Source of the DNA: a virus
Taxonomy: Duplodnaviria; Caudoviricetes
Virus record (IMG/VR): IMGVR_UViG_3300040985_001415
Coordinates: 1-30,044 of that record
Strand: one strand, 5' to 3'
DNA: 30,044 nucleotides
Shown: piece by piece, positions 12,401-18,094 of the stretch
Layout: each line of letters starts with the position of its first letter
Numbering within the stretch: position 1 is the stretch's first letter
Translations under genes and position numbers: made by a program
The notes under the pieces: generated by a model
What the model was told of the DNA's origin: nothing
The model's database searches: none
Seen by the model: only the letters and a program-made list of their open reading frames with translations

Positions 12401-12915
12401 CCGCCTTCGGTATGGGTGCGCTTTCGATCAAGGACATTGTCCAACATCGTGGCGGCGAAGATGAGCGCAGCCCCGATCTTCGTGACAGGAATATCCTAAA
12501 GACATTGGGCTATGACGAAAAAATCCATGGTGATGAGAACGACTTCTTGGGCTGGTATGCCGAGGGCATGATTGCCATGGGAGGCTTCGGGCTGATGCTC
12601 GACGTCATGCACAGCGCCGTAACACAAGCAGACAACGGAAGTTACGGACAGGTTCGCTTCGCTGAAACCCTGCTTGGTCCAACATTCGGTGATGTGATGG
12701 CAGGGATGCAAATTGCAGGAGGCATCATGGATGGCTCCGAAAGCAACTCAAAAGAACGCACGGCTGCAAGAGCAGCCGTAGGGCGTATCCCTCTCGTAGG
12801 CGGCATAAGAGCAGCCAAGGAAGGGATCGTAGACACTATCGCTGGTGAGCCGAGAAAAGTATCGGGAAGCGGCGGTAACTCATGGCAAGCCAGTTGGGAA
12901 GGAGGCTGGAACTGA
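3403..12915 (+). CDS. Giant polyvalent virion/ejection protein (3170 aa) with two zincin-like metallopeptidase motifs and an ADP-ribosyltransferase-like domain
   Basis: Gly-zipper hydrophobic segment (4021-4095); HEIGH (6937-6951) with downstream QEFFA; HEVAH (8749-8763) with downstream EEWFAE; YYHGT...GRGVYLT...A..VYA...NPIDF...GIDGI...VFKASNVK...FDQNDTRLFYS (9331-10239); helical C-terminal region with NYLPQVWD and QLKSFP, as in phage ejection proteins. Confidence 0.8.
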   Translation: MVIKISDVQYNNPLPTETGGTAYTNSNVLKDPKFLQDLRDYYASKGASVTLLRDDELIDKFYSDQTWSDFNFISAGRDALEAASANEEEKARLNRLRGAWTSLPMFFQEGGRGFWAAAGDATGAILADPTNLIPVAGAYAKGANAARVAAAQGKNALRAGITQGAKTGAKGEAVISGLQEGLLNTASQARDVQLGLQDNFSAGQLAGSTALGATLGAGVGGVLGGVAGGVASRTGAQQATDLARVGYSPDEISGMSNQQAKELIPDEMPAGVITPPPSVQEAATPEEQLSALEVSLTDDEARLQEILADIDEEIKTKQSQPETTPQTLEELKARQDEARRLLSMPARIRKHAEIIKLGENNDVSAVEKHAAVVSQFNKDLNAFRRIIAIVERGEDPEEARLLIDEILALPAPARGVDAGEQSPPPSSASDTEGASDGTARPSDAPSSEKIEEDAESLLDEAELREAFATGGELDDVPFANEDQASRVRKILADAGLSEKDMARDIDDGRLSVGARGKVTNLTIRDLKKLIRSRRQAEAGDAAEAVVDDTTEAVVSETPQGTTRGQEIFAGDDPTVYNDLARVMEEFGETGDLPTDKLRKAIDAHVRGNEDITSSPEDVVDLFDFIDEASRKLKAETPFTKTEMSRIRAKAASIRKSTPALDAETALEMAKVAELKTRGMPSKSPTRGTGDAIERAQGYSRDIRGKSNTGKIQSFLRRNMPISKGSDYTTFAKDRVSRGSFGREEAAARADQQYNPEAPSKEDRIQQVLQRLRGVEPETTSEEDLLKRAEEIVEKNTVDKSGIVEYVTTGREIIYTSDGRKTEVGTGTTAFFDVVTRQAYDSKEYALKARPDNHSRKTIEADEVGGLMPATKKSDVLALFDQFGNDPEAFVKALQARNRGEDVSAPTAPDIPLERGTKLLIIRSKNDPKIVRMISPKQAKNGGDVHTLIGKSGTPDDWEIRYAPRENFTVLKRELREIFDTLPEGEGTDGILPEAGFATGIGRAMTQTEAGEVKVDMNKLTDEELEAISTAYGGIDPEKLVKLEVTLDRIHFAIRQLEITKWKDHISDHMVVANKIALLNRLVEKLAPMGIELPNVARAESVVSLQQTLSNLGSDEIKIAEEVIRDLGGDPRIGPRFTEQEGKAAEGSLDIIENNISLLQRPLGEDKKLRITPPLVTFFHEIGHWSYFNILTPKDRAEFWELTQKFYGESHGQIQKLRIQDASPRFDKTQATNQAAISPQEFFAQQFELYVTRNRASQILDEKYWQRVLRYVKNIFDRYVKGVPIDNDLEPLFAKILPDGENTKFMTARADLKGNKAGQAYASRYDQLSAIEKSFEEAVAADSADAIINAATELALQLRSLFPRVGYAAKTGTSGALRPLVRHRKVALQRLADIDEILGTRMGIENDVDGDSLRQYYDDGLSAIADPEPIADLLKQVYFHGYSMGWRPLKGMPAQVTEKNIKKSSVKTIVNAIKRALEDKVIQETGGMPSNATPNLDPNATNFSKVNAPRKKATKAQKRSNKAIEAAAENVTKTPATKRSHTNDKNTTTVDPSHAADLKGKDYFELRKLYVKHRGTPRGDQIAFELLVKNRAQSLPAEKVKVTKEIKNAKGDELEAILLKSLGNDNDTAKMAIWEIRRRQTNKGLKAEGKPLIRVSLLRRKLNSETADNIGLAQSDGIPPAARASVREILSYMTHRDPQTQYALRTMTYRMFNLLGKTQREALEDTNILSLDDVAKIAGVEPSSDATSGFADFRHPDFKRMRSDLRRMTIGLTKGKSSPLQVMHEVAHMVVRSGSLERQDMDAIREAYRLSTDNTKKRIQSAYSGKYSDTVLEPLEDKLAEEWFAESLAEYMADRVTKGGVLEGALEKNLGNLRLKGAFSQALDRALEYVAYLINGLVGRNDVKQQFRRLFLYGDMFDNPNRRPMESVLSHHPAVPADHAHAAVVDHIAASPSARLDKIRKFVAKGLSYDEESDTFIEYYHGTPVGFKFDKDADPNVVLEPSTDGQTGRGVYLTTSSYMANGVYAQNPTYKAMARQIDELVSAEQLSPDEGHQAELLAEDLFYVRRSLSEHRNRASTAAQFSPTGEIKASEKQTLDELFEEAVDLTRALEGMGVRFDPMVIPTFVRVQNPIDFRKTSVFKPTDEAAPAQIRAILHHPDMMLFARPDMLAGAIERFSTRQVSGEEAYHNLKRLVQEGNFKGRGQRPQNTLVDIMEDVGIDGIRSTHYNTAPIEGTETNPFTGETYEASATQFDALTVFKASNVKHVNADEFDQNDTRLFYSLDTALPRGMTGSLVMSFGDTKLNSTTAISAGAVGEAAELQGVSAPTTSAIMSMLRGRKFDAKEEQAMRKTSPVAFLQRQSERMQDMGMNWLADWYKNVFPDVHQRFAKQYFPIHHMLRALPDADGKVRSWARRASASAFQSQPDSYKRIVKALRYGNKSRQYSALTDQEKGVWDKIRTTLNNERRAMIRMGMRIGNRENYLPQVWDAKSIRKNKDDFVQKMARYFEYERADRGLVDDQARDPADLAENMYLRLTEEGEGGAFIPMQGGSREPQMDAALSRIIELEKYPAMMKELEDYLEGDLEALLIKYFEGSSRKMAHADKLGVRDHAFYDYMVASTGGKAGIVKLLSTNKEFMFERRALSDSGFVESIALRETIPMPFAGREDLANDFVDKLITEANGGGGRAAIIKMLEDVAPKINGKISVTFKKRADAIAGALTDYKGNKPSTSPKDMDFLENAMRVAQKKPMHGNQSGMTFSKTMRSFNNVSLLSFTTLTSLGDVALPIIRSGSFTDWSKGLANWTKDKHYKQFIHDTGVAMENIVHERMVHMYGAVDNKLSNAFFNITMLTPWTDLNRQIGGATGFEALKTMQRRARDYYKEGADMSGQPVQYKTAVRFLKNYGLGDFAYPQGAHKDVDIGAAVGGELSDEQDRLVRMGIIKFADDCIFQPNPNDNPLWAQTPWGALVAQLKSFPLMMSRLTGHVFKEAAKGNVKPLMYFATLGPAFGMGALSIKDIVQHRGGEDERSPDLRDRNILKTLGYDEKIHGDENDFLGWYAEGMIAMGGFGLMLDVMHSAVTQADNGSYGQVRFAETLLGPTFGDVMAGMQIAGGIMDGSESNSKERTAARAAVGRIPLVGGIRAAKEGIVDTIAGEPRKVSGSGGNSWQASWEGGWN

Positions 12916-13121
12916 TGGCAATAGCAATGGAGAAAATTTTGGCGTGGAAGATCATGCCGAGATTGATGATGCTGGTAATGACAATCATGTATATCCGAGT
13001 GATTGAGTGGTTCATGTCGTTACCCCAAGACATCGTCAGCACACAGGCGACAGCCTTAACAGCAACCGTCACGGGGGCGCTCACGGGAGCCTTCGCCGTA
13101 TGGGTAGGACATGAAAAATGA
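12915..13121 (+). CDS. Small 2-TM membrane protein (holin/antiholin-like, 68 aa)
   Basis: GGAGG at 12901-05 and ATG 12915 overlapping the upstream TGA. Two hydrophobic segments; first gene of the lysis cassette. Confidence 0.6.
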   Translation: MAIAMEKILAWKIMPRLMMLVMTIMYIRVIEWFMSLPQDIVSTQATALTATVTGALTGAFAVWVGHEK

Positions 13122-13519
13122 GCATTATCAACGCACTAATCGGCCCAGTGAGTGGCCTACTAGACAAATTCGTCGAGGATAAAGACCAACGCGCAGCCTT
13201 GGCTCACGAGATAGCCACGATGTCCGAACGACACGCGCAGGAATTGGCAAAAGGCCAACTCGCCATCAATGCAGAAGAGGCGAAATCAAGGAATATTTTT
13301 GTCGCGGGATGGCGGCCATTCGTGGGATGGTCATGTGGCCTCGCCATGTTTTGGCATTTTCTGGGCTTGCCTCTGGCATTGTTCATAACGGGATGGATAG
13401 GGGTGGAACACCCGCCATTGCCAGAGTTTGAGATGGATACACTTCTCACTGTCTTAGGTGGATTATTGGGGCTTGGCTCCCTCAGAACATTTGAGAAGGT
13501 GAAGAAGGTCGCTAAGTAA
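13118..13519 (+). CDS. Holin, GTA_holin_3TM family
   Basis: N-terminal LIGPVSGLLDKFVEDKD, central GWRPFVGWSCG and C-terminal LLGLGSLRTFEKVK are characteristic of this family; adjacent to the endolysin. Confidence 0.88.
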   Translation: MSIINALIGPVSGLLDKFVEDKDQRAALAHEIATMSERHAQELAKGQLAINAEEAKSRNIFVAGWRPFVGWSCGLAMFWHFLGLPLALFITGWIGVEHPPLPEFEMDTLLTVLGGLLGLGSLRTFEKVKKVAK

Positions 13520-13614
13520 TGGAGCTTTGGCAAGCAGTCCTGCTGCTGATGGTCAGCATAAATACTGTCGTGAACTGCTGGCGTCTTTACATTGAAAGGA
13601 AGCGCGATGAGTGA
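13519..13614 (+). CDS. 31-aa single-helix membrane peptide (absent from the ORF track)
   Basis: MELWQAVLLLMVSINTVVNCWRLYIERKRDE. ATG overlaps the holin TAA (TAATG) and the 3' end overlaps the endolysin start. Confidence 0.6.
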   Translation: MELWQAVLLLMVSINTVVNCWRLYIERKRDE

Positions 13615-14245
13615 AGCGATGCGTATCTTGCAAGAAAAAGTGGGTGTTGGTGCAGACGGAGCCTTTGGCCCCAACACTGCAAGAGCAATCGCCAAGCATT
13701 ACGAGCTATCGTCAGAGCGAGCGGCTCACTTGCTTGGCCAGTCAGCACATGAAAGCGGATACTTTAAACAAACAGAAGAAAATCTGAACTATTCAGAAGA
13801 CGTATTGAACCGTGTGTTCCGCCGCTACTTTGGAGAGGGCAAAGAGGACGCATCCAAGTATGCGCGTAATCCACAAAAGATCGCTAACTATGTGTATATG
13901 GATAAGCACAGATCGAAGCGCGGTGCGCTCGGAAATGTTCGGGAAAATGACGGCTGGGTGTGGCGAGGCCGAGGATTTTTACAATGCACGGGCCGTACAA
14001 ACTACCGAAAGTTTGCATCCGAAATGCGGTTGCCTGATGTAATGAAAGACCCTGATCTTGTAGCCACAGATTATGCGTTTGAAAGTGCAATTTGGTTTTT
14101 CGAGAAGAACAAATTGTTCAAGATCGCAGACGAGGGTGTGACAGACCCAATTATTAAGCGGATCACCAAGCGCGTTAATGGCGGCCACCACGGACTGGAT
14201 GATCGGATCGTGCAGACAAATAAGATTTATGGTTGGCTAGAGTAA
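13607..14245 (+). CDS. Endolysin, glycoside hydrolase family 19, with N-terminal peptidoglycan-binding segment
   Basis: LQEKVGVGADGAFGPNT (PG-binding-like), QSAHESG, EENLNYS, RGRGFLQCTGRTNY and VNGGHHGLDDR. ATG 13607 follows AAAGGAAG. Confidence 0.92.
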   Translation: MSEAMRILQEKVGVGADGAFGPNTARAIAKHYELSSERAAHLLGQSAHESGYFKQTEENLNYSEDVLNRVFRRYFGEGKEDASKYARNPQKIANYVYMDKHRSKRGALGNVRENDGWVWRGRGFLQCTGRTNYRKFASEMRLPDVMKDPDLVATDYAFESAIWFFEKNKLFKIADEGVTDPIIKRITKRVNGGHHGLDDRIVQTNKIYGWLE

Positions 14246-14253
14246 CGCGCTCT

Positions 14254-14610
14254 TCATTTCTTGGCAGTAAGCGGTGGGTCAGTCCGAAGATTGTTAATCT
14301 TCTCGTTTGCAAACTCACGCCGCTCCTCACCCTTGGTTGCACATTCTGCCCCCAATGCGCCATATCCAACCAGATCAACCCAGCTATCCTCATGGGTGGG
14401 GTTTTTTAAAAGCCGTGCCACCTTTAACCAGATCATCATCAGTGCGTGATCTGTCGCGTCGAAATAGCCTTTTTCCCGCACTGCGGAATTTAAGATCAGG
14501 TTCCATCCGTCGCTTATACGCTCAAAGGTTTCAAAGGCATCGCCGTAATCCTCGGCTCTGTCGTTATTAATTTTCTTTTCGGCTTCCGCCAACACTTCGT
14601 CACGCTGCAT
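14254..14610 (-). CDS. Conserved phage protein, DUF6378-like
   Basis: R.EDYG...F..I...W, MM..LKVAR and H.DSWVDLVGYGALGAE pattern. Confidence 0.8.
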   Translation of the reverse strand: MQRDEVLAEAEKKINNDRAEDYGDAFETFERISDGWNLILNSAVREKGYFDATDHALMMIWLKVARLLKNPTHEDSWVDLVGYGALGAECATKGEERREFANEKINNLRTDPPLTAKK

Positions 14611-14911
14611 AATCCACCAACCACTTTAGTTGCATTTCTAGTTTTGTGATTTCTACTTCAATCATGCGGACATCGTGCTTAATTTCTGCAATGTCAGAGC
14701 GCACTCGTTTACGTTTGTCTCTGGCGCGGGAGAAGGCATCAGTCTGTTGTTTCCTGTCAAGGTTCTCGTGGTTTGACCTGATCTCTTCAATGCGCTCAGA
14801 GATGCTTAGTATATCATTCTCCATGTCGTTTATGTCCTTGAGTAGGGCTGAACGCTTCACAGAAAAATCAGTAAACTTACTGATAATGGTAGTAAAGTTA
14901 GTAAAATCCAT
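14600..14911 (-). CDS. Coiled-coil hypothetical protein (~103 aa)
   Basis: The C-terminal half of the 204-aa track ORF (from MDFTNF) shows heptad periodicity. The N-terminal half overlaps the nuclease gene and is probably not translated. Confidence 0.65.
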   Translation of the reverse strand: MDFTNFTTIISKFTDFSVKRSALLKDINDMENDILSISERIEEIRSNHENLDRKQQTDAFSRARDKRKRVRSDIAEIKHDVRMIEVEITKLEMQLKWLVDYAA

Positions 14912-14921
14912 ATCCACTGGC

Positions 14922-15740
14922 CTATTCCTTTGGGAGAGGTTTGTAAATTTCGTATTGCTCGCAGACTTCTTTCCCCTCACTGTCGTGAACCTTGCAGTGC
15001 CAGTGCCCTTCTGGGTGCGCGACACTGTGCTTACACCGAGCGCACTTTGGCTCGACCTCAATTTTTTCCCAACAGGCATCTCGCTTGAAGCAGCCGCGAC
15101 ATCTCCAGTCAGTTTGGTCATCGGCCACACGCGACACCTCGCCGAGGATAACCCGCTCCATCCGCTCTTTGATGTTGGCGAACTCAAATTCGTCATATTT
15201 AATAATCTCCGCATGATAAGCTGAATTGTTTTTGTTGAGGGCGATGAAAAAACTTTCGGTGATTTCAGACATGCCCATCATCATTTGTATTTGCGCGTAA
15301 TATTGTGGGTGTGATCTTTTCACTCCCACCTTTTTAAACTTGTTGAAGGATGCGTCATTCATGGACTTGATTTCCAAGACACGCACGACACCGTCATCCA
15401 GTGCGATGTGGCCATCCATGTGGCAACTGATGTGTCCGCCCCAAGCTGAGTGGGCGAACTGTCTGCCAGTCAGCCCGTCAACTTCCCATACTCGCACGTC
15501 AGCCCGTGTCTTTAAGTCCTTGACGACAAGGTCTTCGATGATGTGGCCCATGCCGAATATGCGCTTGAGGCGAGGGTCTGGCTCAACATTCGGAAATCCA
15601 CGCAAGTTGAAAGCGATTGCGGCATCACAAGAGTTTCCGATAATTGACGCACCAATATATTCTCTCGACTTTTCTCGCCTGTCATTGTCGTAGCCCTCGT
15701 CAATCGCAAGCACGACATCATCTGCTGTCGTGATTTTCAT
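14922..15740 (-). CDS. PD-(D/E)xK exonuclease, Cas4/YqaJ-like, putative Fe-S cluster
   Basis: REYIGAS.IG.SC, GH.IE, HMDG, LEIKS, YYAQIQ..M and C-terminal CRGC-x5-C, plus an additional CxxC/C/C cluster. Confidence 0.85.
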   Translation of the reverse strand: MKITTADDVVLAIDEGYDNDRREKSREYIGASIIGNSCDAAIAFNLRGFPNVEPDPRLKRIFGMGHIIEDLVVKDLKTRADVRVWEVDGLTGRQFAHSAWGGHISCHMDGHIALDDGVVRVLEIKSMNDASFNKFKKVGVKRSHPQYYAQIQMMMGMSEITESFFIALNKNNSAYHAEIIKYDEFEFANIKERMERVILGEVSRVADDQTDWRCRGCFKRDACWEKIEVEPKCARCKHSVAHPEGHWHCKVHDSEGKEVCEQYEIYKPLPKE

Positions 15741-16012
15741 TAGAAGTCTATATCACCATCGTGATAGTTGACGCGCCAGACGCGAATATTACCGTCGCTG
15801 TCCGATCTTGAAATCGCACCACCTTCAAAATGACCACCGCTCGTTTCTGGGTGCAGTCTGCCAATATATCTCATTAAAATGTTGGCGCGTTTTCTGTCGC
15901 CGACGACAACGCTGTCACTAAGCTGCATCTTTTTCGCGATCTCGTAACATTCTGGGTCAGCACAATTTTTGCGCGGCCCGATTGGAATGTCCTTCTCTAT
16001 TTGTAAGCTCAT
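15740..16012 (-). CDS. Small phage hypothetical protein
   Basis: GGAGGA precedes ATG 16012. IEKDIPI...IRVWRV pattern, common in small phage proteins. Confidence 0.7.
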   Translation of the reverse strand: MSLQIEKDIPIGPRKNCADPECYEIAKKMQLSDSVVVGDRKRANILMRYIGRLHPETSGGHFEGGAISRSDSDGNIRVWRVNYHDGDIDF

Positions 16013-16035
16013 AACTTCCTCCAAATTTCGGTATT

Positions 16036-16061
16036 AAAAAGGGGGGCGTTCGCGCCCCCCT
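16036..16061 (-). terminator. Rho-independent terminator after the SSB-like gene
   Basis: Minus strand AGGGGGGCG-CGAA-CGCCCCCC followed by TTTTT, about 15 nt after the stop codon. Confidence 0.85.
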
Positions 16062-16075
16062 GTCTGGGAGTAATT

Positions 16076-16570
16076 TTAGAAGGGGATTTTATCGTCCTTG
16101 AGGCTTGACGCGCCGCCACCGCCACCGCCAGATGCGCCCGTCCCACGCGGCATATACCGTTTAACTTCAGTAAATTGTTTCCTCTCACCCGTATTTTTGT
16201 CGTTGTACGGCTTGCCCATGCCAATGAAGACGCGGAGTTCCAAGCCCTCTATCGAAGACACATCGCTCGGCTTGTCTGGCGTGGGGTGCGCGGCGGCAAT
16301 CAGCATGCTCTTTAGCTGAGATTTCCCAATCTGCTGTGCTTCAGGATTTGAGTTATGCAGATTATAACGCTCGGTAATATAGTGCTTTCTATCCAGTGAT
16401 AAAAACTCCACTTCCAATCGGGCGGCAGCACTGCCATTGACGCTCGTGTACGGTTCCATTTTCGCTTTTGAAACTTTCACATCATATTCCCCTTGGCCAA
16501 GCCGTAAGGGGCGTTGGTCTTCCTCGATCTCTGAAAGATCAAGATCACCAAATCCAGTCCAGTTACTCAT
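16076..16570 (-). CDS. Single-stranded DNA-binding protein, DUF669-like
   Basis: L..GEY.V.V..A pattern, OB-fold-like core, Gly-rich linker and acidic-aromatic tail DDKIPF; next to the Sak4-like gene. Confidence 0.8.
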   Translation of the reverse strand: MSNWTGFGDLDLSEIEEDQRPLRLGQGEYDVKVSKAKMEPYTSVNGSAAARLEVEFLSLDRKHYITERYNLHNSNPEAQQIGKSQLKSMLIAAAHPTPDKPSDVSSIEGLELRVFIGMGKPYNDKNTGERKQFTEVKRYMPRGTGASGGGGGGASSLKDDKIPF

Positions 16571-17367
16571 TTTTCATCTCCTTTGTTGTCAGATTGAGTA
16601 TCGAATTTTGTCTTCGCGCTCTCGTTACTAGCCATTCTGGCAAGCAGCGCAGTTACGTCGTCACATTTTTCGTAAGGTTTCAGCACGTTGCGCGGATCAC
16701 GCACTTTGCCATGCCATCCCGACACCTCGTCGGTCGCGACATATCTAGTGACGCGGGGCATCCCCGTGTCGTCTTTCTCTGTTGTGCGGACACCGCATAA
16801 CACATGATCAAATAGTGCAGGGATTTGCTTTGAAACTTTTGTGCCTTTGACATGTGGCCAGTATTGCGTGACGCCATTCCCGTCAGTTTCTTCGGCGGCG
16901 AGACAGGTCACATAGACGTGCATGTCTATGTCTCGCAACCATTTTAGTGTGCCAATCATCAGGCGGCTGTAATCCCCCCATAATTGAAATCCGTTGGAGT
17001 TATTCTTATGCTCCTCTTCGAGATGCTCAAGAAGGCGTTCGGCCAGTTCGGTCAGGCTGTCGAGCGCAACCCATTTGTAACCCGCTTCCTTAAACTGGGG
17101 GCTGCTGATCATTTTGCAGATGCCACGAAACGAAAACACACCTTTGCTTGGATCATGTTCTCCATCCCATGTCGAGAAGGGTGCGTACTCAATAGAGACA
17201 TCTTCAATTGATTTTAGTCCGCTCTCACCACTGATGATCAAACCCTTTCCGTAGCGTTTTTGGTAGTGCCGACATTGGTATGTCTTGCCGTACCCGTGGT
17301 GCGAATACAGCAATACCTTCGTCGGCCCATCCGCCATGAGTGTGGATGTGTTCGCAAAGTTAAACAT
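16567..17367 (-). CDS. Sak4-like (AAA_24) ssDNA-annealing ATPase
   Basis: KVLLYSHHGYGKT (Walker A variant), E.GL.S, WVALDSLTEL (Walker B), WG.Y, IPALFD.V and KVRD. Confidence 0.85.
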   Translation of the reverse strand: MFNFANTSTLMADGPTKVLLYSHHGYGKTYQCRHYQKRYGKGLIISGESGLKSIEDVSIEYAPFSTWDGEHDPSKGVFSFRGICKMISSPQFKEAGYKWVALDSLTELAERLLEHLEEEHKNNSNGFQLWGDYSRLMIGTLKWLRDIDMHVYVTCLAAEETDGNGVTQYWPHVKGTKVSKQIPALFDHVLCGVRTTEKDDTGMPRVTRYVATDEVSGWHGKVRDPRNVLKPYEKCDDVTALLARMASNESAKTKFDTQSDNKGDEK

Positions 17368-17794
17368 TCTTTTTCACTTTCAGCTTGGCTTTCGCCAGCG
17401 TTTTGGTCAGGGCGGGGAGTAGGTCAACTTGCTCTGACGCTGGCAGATTTAAAAATTTACGCTTGTCTACTGACAGTCGTTGTGTGACGAAGTCAGGCAT
17501 ATCTTTATCCGCAAACATGTCGGCTAAAATATCCCTGTCCCAATTCCAACGGGCTGTGCGCGAACACTCTACCGTGTAATTGTCGAAGTGCTTTTCTTGG
17601 ACGCCCTCGGTTTCGGCAAACCAACGTGAGATTTCATCTTCAAGCGCTTCCCTTTTTTCCAGAAGCGCTTCGACTTGATCGAGCAATAACACATATTGCT
17701 CGGCTATATTGTAATGGTTCTGGCTGACTTTCGTGTTTCGGGGCGTGAGTTTACCCACGCCATCAAACACACTCCACTCGTCGCTCTCAATCAT
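17360..17794 (-). CDS. Hypothetical protein, first gene of the recombination operon
   Basis: 144-aa ORF with SD (GAAAGG), an N-terminal coiled coil, and an overlap with the Sak4-like start. Confidence 0.7.
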   Translation of the reverse strand: MIESDEWSVFDGVGKLTPRNTKVSQNHYNIAEQYVLLLDQVEALLEKREALEDEISRWFAETEGVQEKHFDNYTVECSRTARWNWDRDILADMFADKDMPDFVTQRLSVDKRKFLNLPASEQVDLLPALTKTLAKAKLKVKKNV

Positions 17795-17839
17795 CTATGA
17801 CCTTTCTCCCAGCTTTATCGTTTGGGGACTTTTCACAAC

Positions 17840-17882
17840 TTGACGCAACTTTCGTTGTAACGTAGAAAATACATACGGTCAA
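17840..17882. promoter_or_regulatory. Overlapping oppositely oriented sigma70-type promoters
   Basis: Plus: TTGACG(17840-45)-17-TAGAAA(17863-68). Minus: TTGACC(17882-77)-17-TACAAC(17859-54). Located in the divergent intergenic gap. Confidence 0.6.
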
Positions 17883-17902
17883 CAGAAAGGAGTTAAAAAA
17901 AA

Positions 17903-18094
17903 ATGACAAAGCTCAATATTCCTAAACTCATTGGTGATTTAGGCGGCGCGTCCGCCGTGGCTAAAATGTGTGGGGTGGTGCGAACTGCTCCCTACGGCTG
18001 GATCAGGCGCAAACATCTGTCGAGCAAGGTCTTAGAGCGTCTCAAAACCGAAAACCCAGAACTTCAAATTGACAATTATTTTACAACGGAGTGA
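17903..18094 (+). CDS. Cro-like HTH protein (63 aa)
   Basis: I..LGG.SAVAK.CGV...A.YGW pattern, SD AAAGGAG, first gene of the rightward operon. Confidence 0.8.
   Translation: MTKLNIPKLIGDLGGASAVAKMCGVVRTAPYGWIRRKHLSSKVLERLKTENPELQIDNYFTTE

Noticed and set aside
3458-12836. Many short antisense and alternate-frame ORFs inside the giant gene and other long genes
   Set aside because: Shadow ORFs expected from codon bias; no SD or motif support.
14922-15740. Cas4-like gene as part of a CRISPR system
   Set aside because: No repeat-spacer array or other cas genes; it sits in a Sak4/SSB recombination module.
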